DNA from: Setoptus koraiensis
Taxonomy: Eukaryota; Animalia; Arthropoda
NCBI GenBank assembly: GCA_048013815.1
Contig: CM106586.1
Coordinates: 1,240,001 to 1,304,000 of the forward strand
Length of the DNA: 64,000 nucleotides
Reading direction: 5' to 3'
Made by a program: the position numbers and the translations under genes. This document shows, piece after piece, positions 63,311 to 64,000 of the stretch (positions within the stretch are counted from its first letter, which is position 1; each line of letters opens with the position of its first letter). The notes beneath the pieces are model-generated. The model was not told the DNA's origin. It worked only from the letters and a program-made list of their open reading frames with translations, and did no database searches.

Positions 63311-64000
63311 TTAAATATACATTATAAATGGTTGCATAGGGCAACATTCTTCCTGAATTTTGGCATCGGATGTATCGTCAACCTCTTTCAATTCTATATC
63401 TTGTATATCTAGAGTGTTTCGCAAGTAGGTTAGATTTTCTCCAAGTACTTTAATCTCGTTGAAAGGCGCCGTTTGATCAAATGCGCTTTCGCCTTGTTTA
63501 ACTATGAGTTGTTTCCTAACCTCAGCAAATGGCATAGCCTTTTTCATATACTTTTTCAATGACTCTATTTTGGATAGTTTAGAAGCTATTATCTTGTTTT
63601 CAGGCATTGAGCCGCAATGCTCAATATATAATTCATGCAGAGCTTCTGATATAGTAGCCTGCCAAGTTGGAAATATCCTAGCGACATAAATTGTTGCCTT
63701 AGACGCCTTTGGTGGGGCTTCCTGAGTTCCAGTAACTTTTGATTTCTTGTTCGACTTCAAACTTGCCAGTTGGAATGCTTTCAGACGTATTCTAAAATCA
63801 TGAGATACATCCATAAGGTATTCGTATGACTTGTGCAAGTCTTCATCAACAACCTCTGTAGTTGGGAACCTGACACAGGTGGTGAATAAAGTTAAATCCC
63901 TAGTTTGAGGCATCACTTCCTTCAATTTTTCTGCAATATGTGGGCAGATTGGACTCAGAAGGATTGTTTGGGTGTATATAAAACGCAAGGTGAGCTCTTT
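63311..64000 (-). CDS. LARS1: Cytoplasmic leucine--tRNA ligase, 3' part (continues beyond the right edge)
   Basis: LLSPICPHIAE, SYEYLMDVSHDFRIRLK, ATIYVARIFPTWQ, LKKYMKKAMPF and EECCPMQP match the LeuRS C-terminal domains. The frame is open to position 64000. Confidence 0.92.
   Translation of the reverse strand, partial: KELTLRFIYTQTILLSPICPHIAEKLKEVMPQTRDLTLFTTCVRFPTTEVVDEDLHKSYEYLMDVSHDFRIRLKAFQLASLKSNKKSKVTGTQEAPPKASKATIYVARIFPTWQATISEALHELYIEHCGSMPENKIIASKLSKIESLKKYMKKAMPFAEVRKQLIVKQGESAFDQTAPFNEIKVLGENLTYLRNTLDIQDIELKEVDDTSDAKIQEECCPMQPFIMYI

Overview
Eukaryotic, compact, microsatellite-rich genomic DNA of an arthropod, most consistent with an acariform (possibly eriophyoid) mite. The taxon is inferred from protein similarity, short GT-AG introns and many intronless housekeeping genes, and was not verified. 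There are no prokaryotic features, CRISPR arrays, or recognisable rRNA/tRNA genes. I read 17 protein-coding genes: UBE3B (5' part), TPK1, SLC25A17, PARS2, a shortened EFR3, a Tc1-derived HTH ORF, an SLC6 GABA transporter, an orphan secreted protein, a GH30 glucosylceramidase, a BAG-domain co-chaperone with a heat-shock-type promoter, two tandem XPR1/PXo phosphate-exporter genes, a golgin-84-like tail-anchored protein, an atonal-family bHLH gene in a ~15 kb gene desert, an RFamide neuropeptide precursor, ZnT6, CEPT1 and LARS1 (3' part). There is also an aminopeptidase pseudogene. The most notable system is the XPR1 tandem pair. One copy is canonical and SPX-regulated. The second has an intact reading frame but lacks the SPX sensor, has Pro at the extracellular gate Trp, has an altered and truncated C-terminal plug, and shares an apparently identical 430-bp tract with its neighbour. 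Other highlights are a transposase-derived HTH ORF carrying an HCF-1-binding-type motif, a single-copy NAPVSMRLPPRFamide peptide that fits no standard arthropod family, and several shortened housekeeping proteins. Exon boundaries and translations were read by eye and reference comparisons are from memory. Most short ORFs in the track are spurious products of low-complexity DNA.
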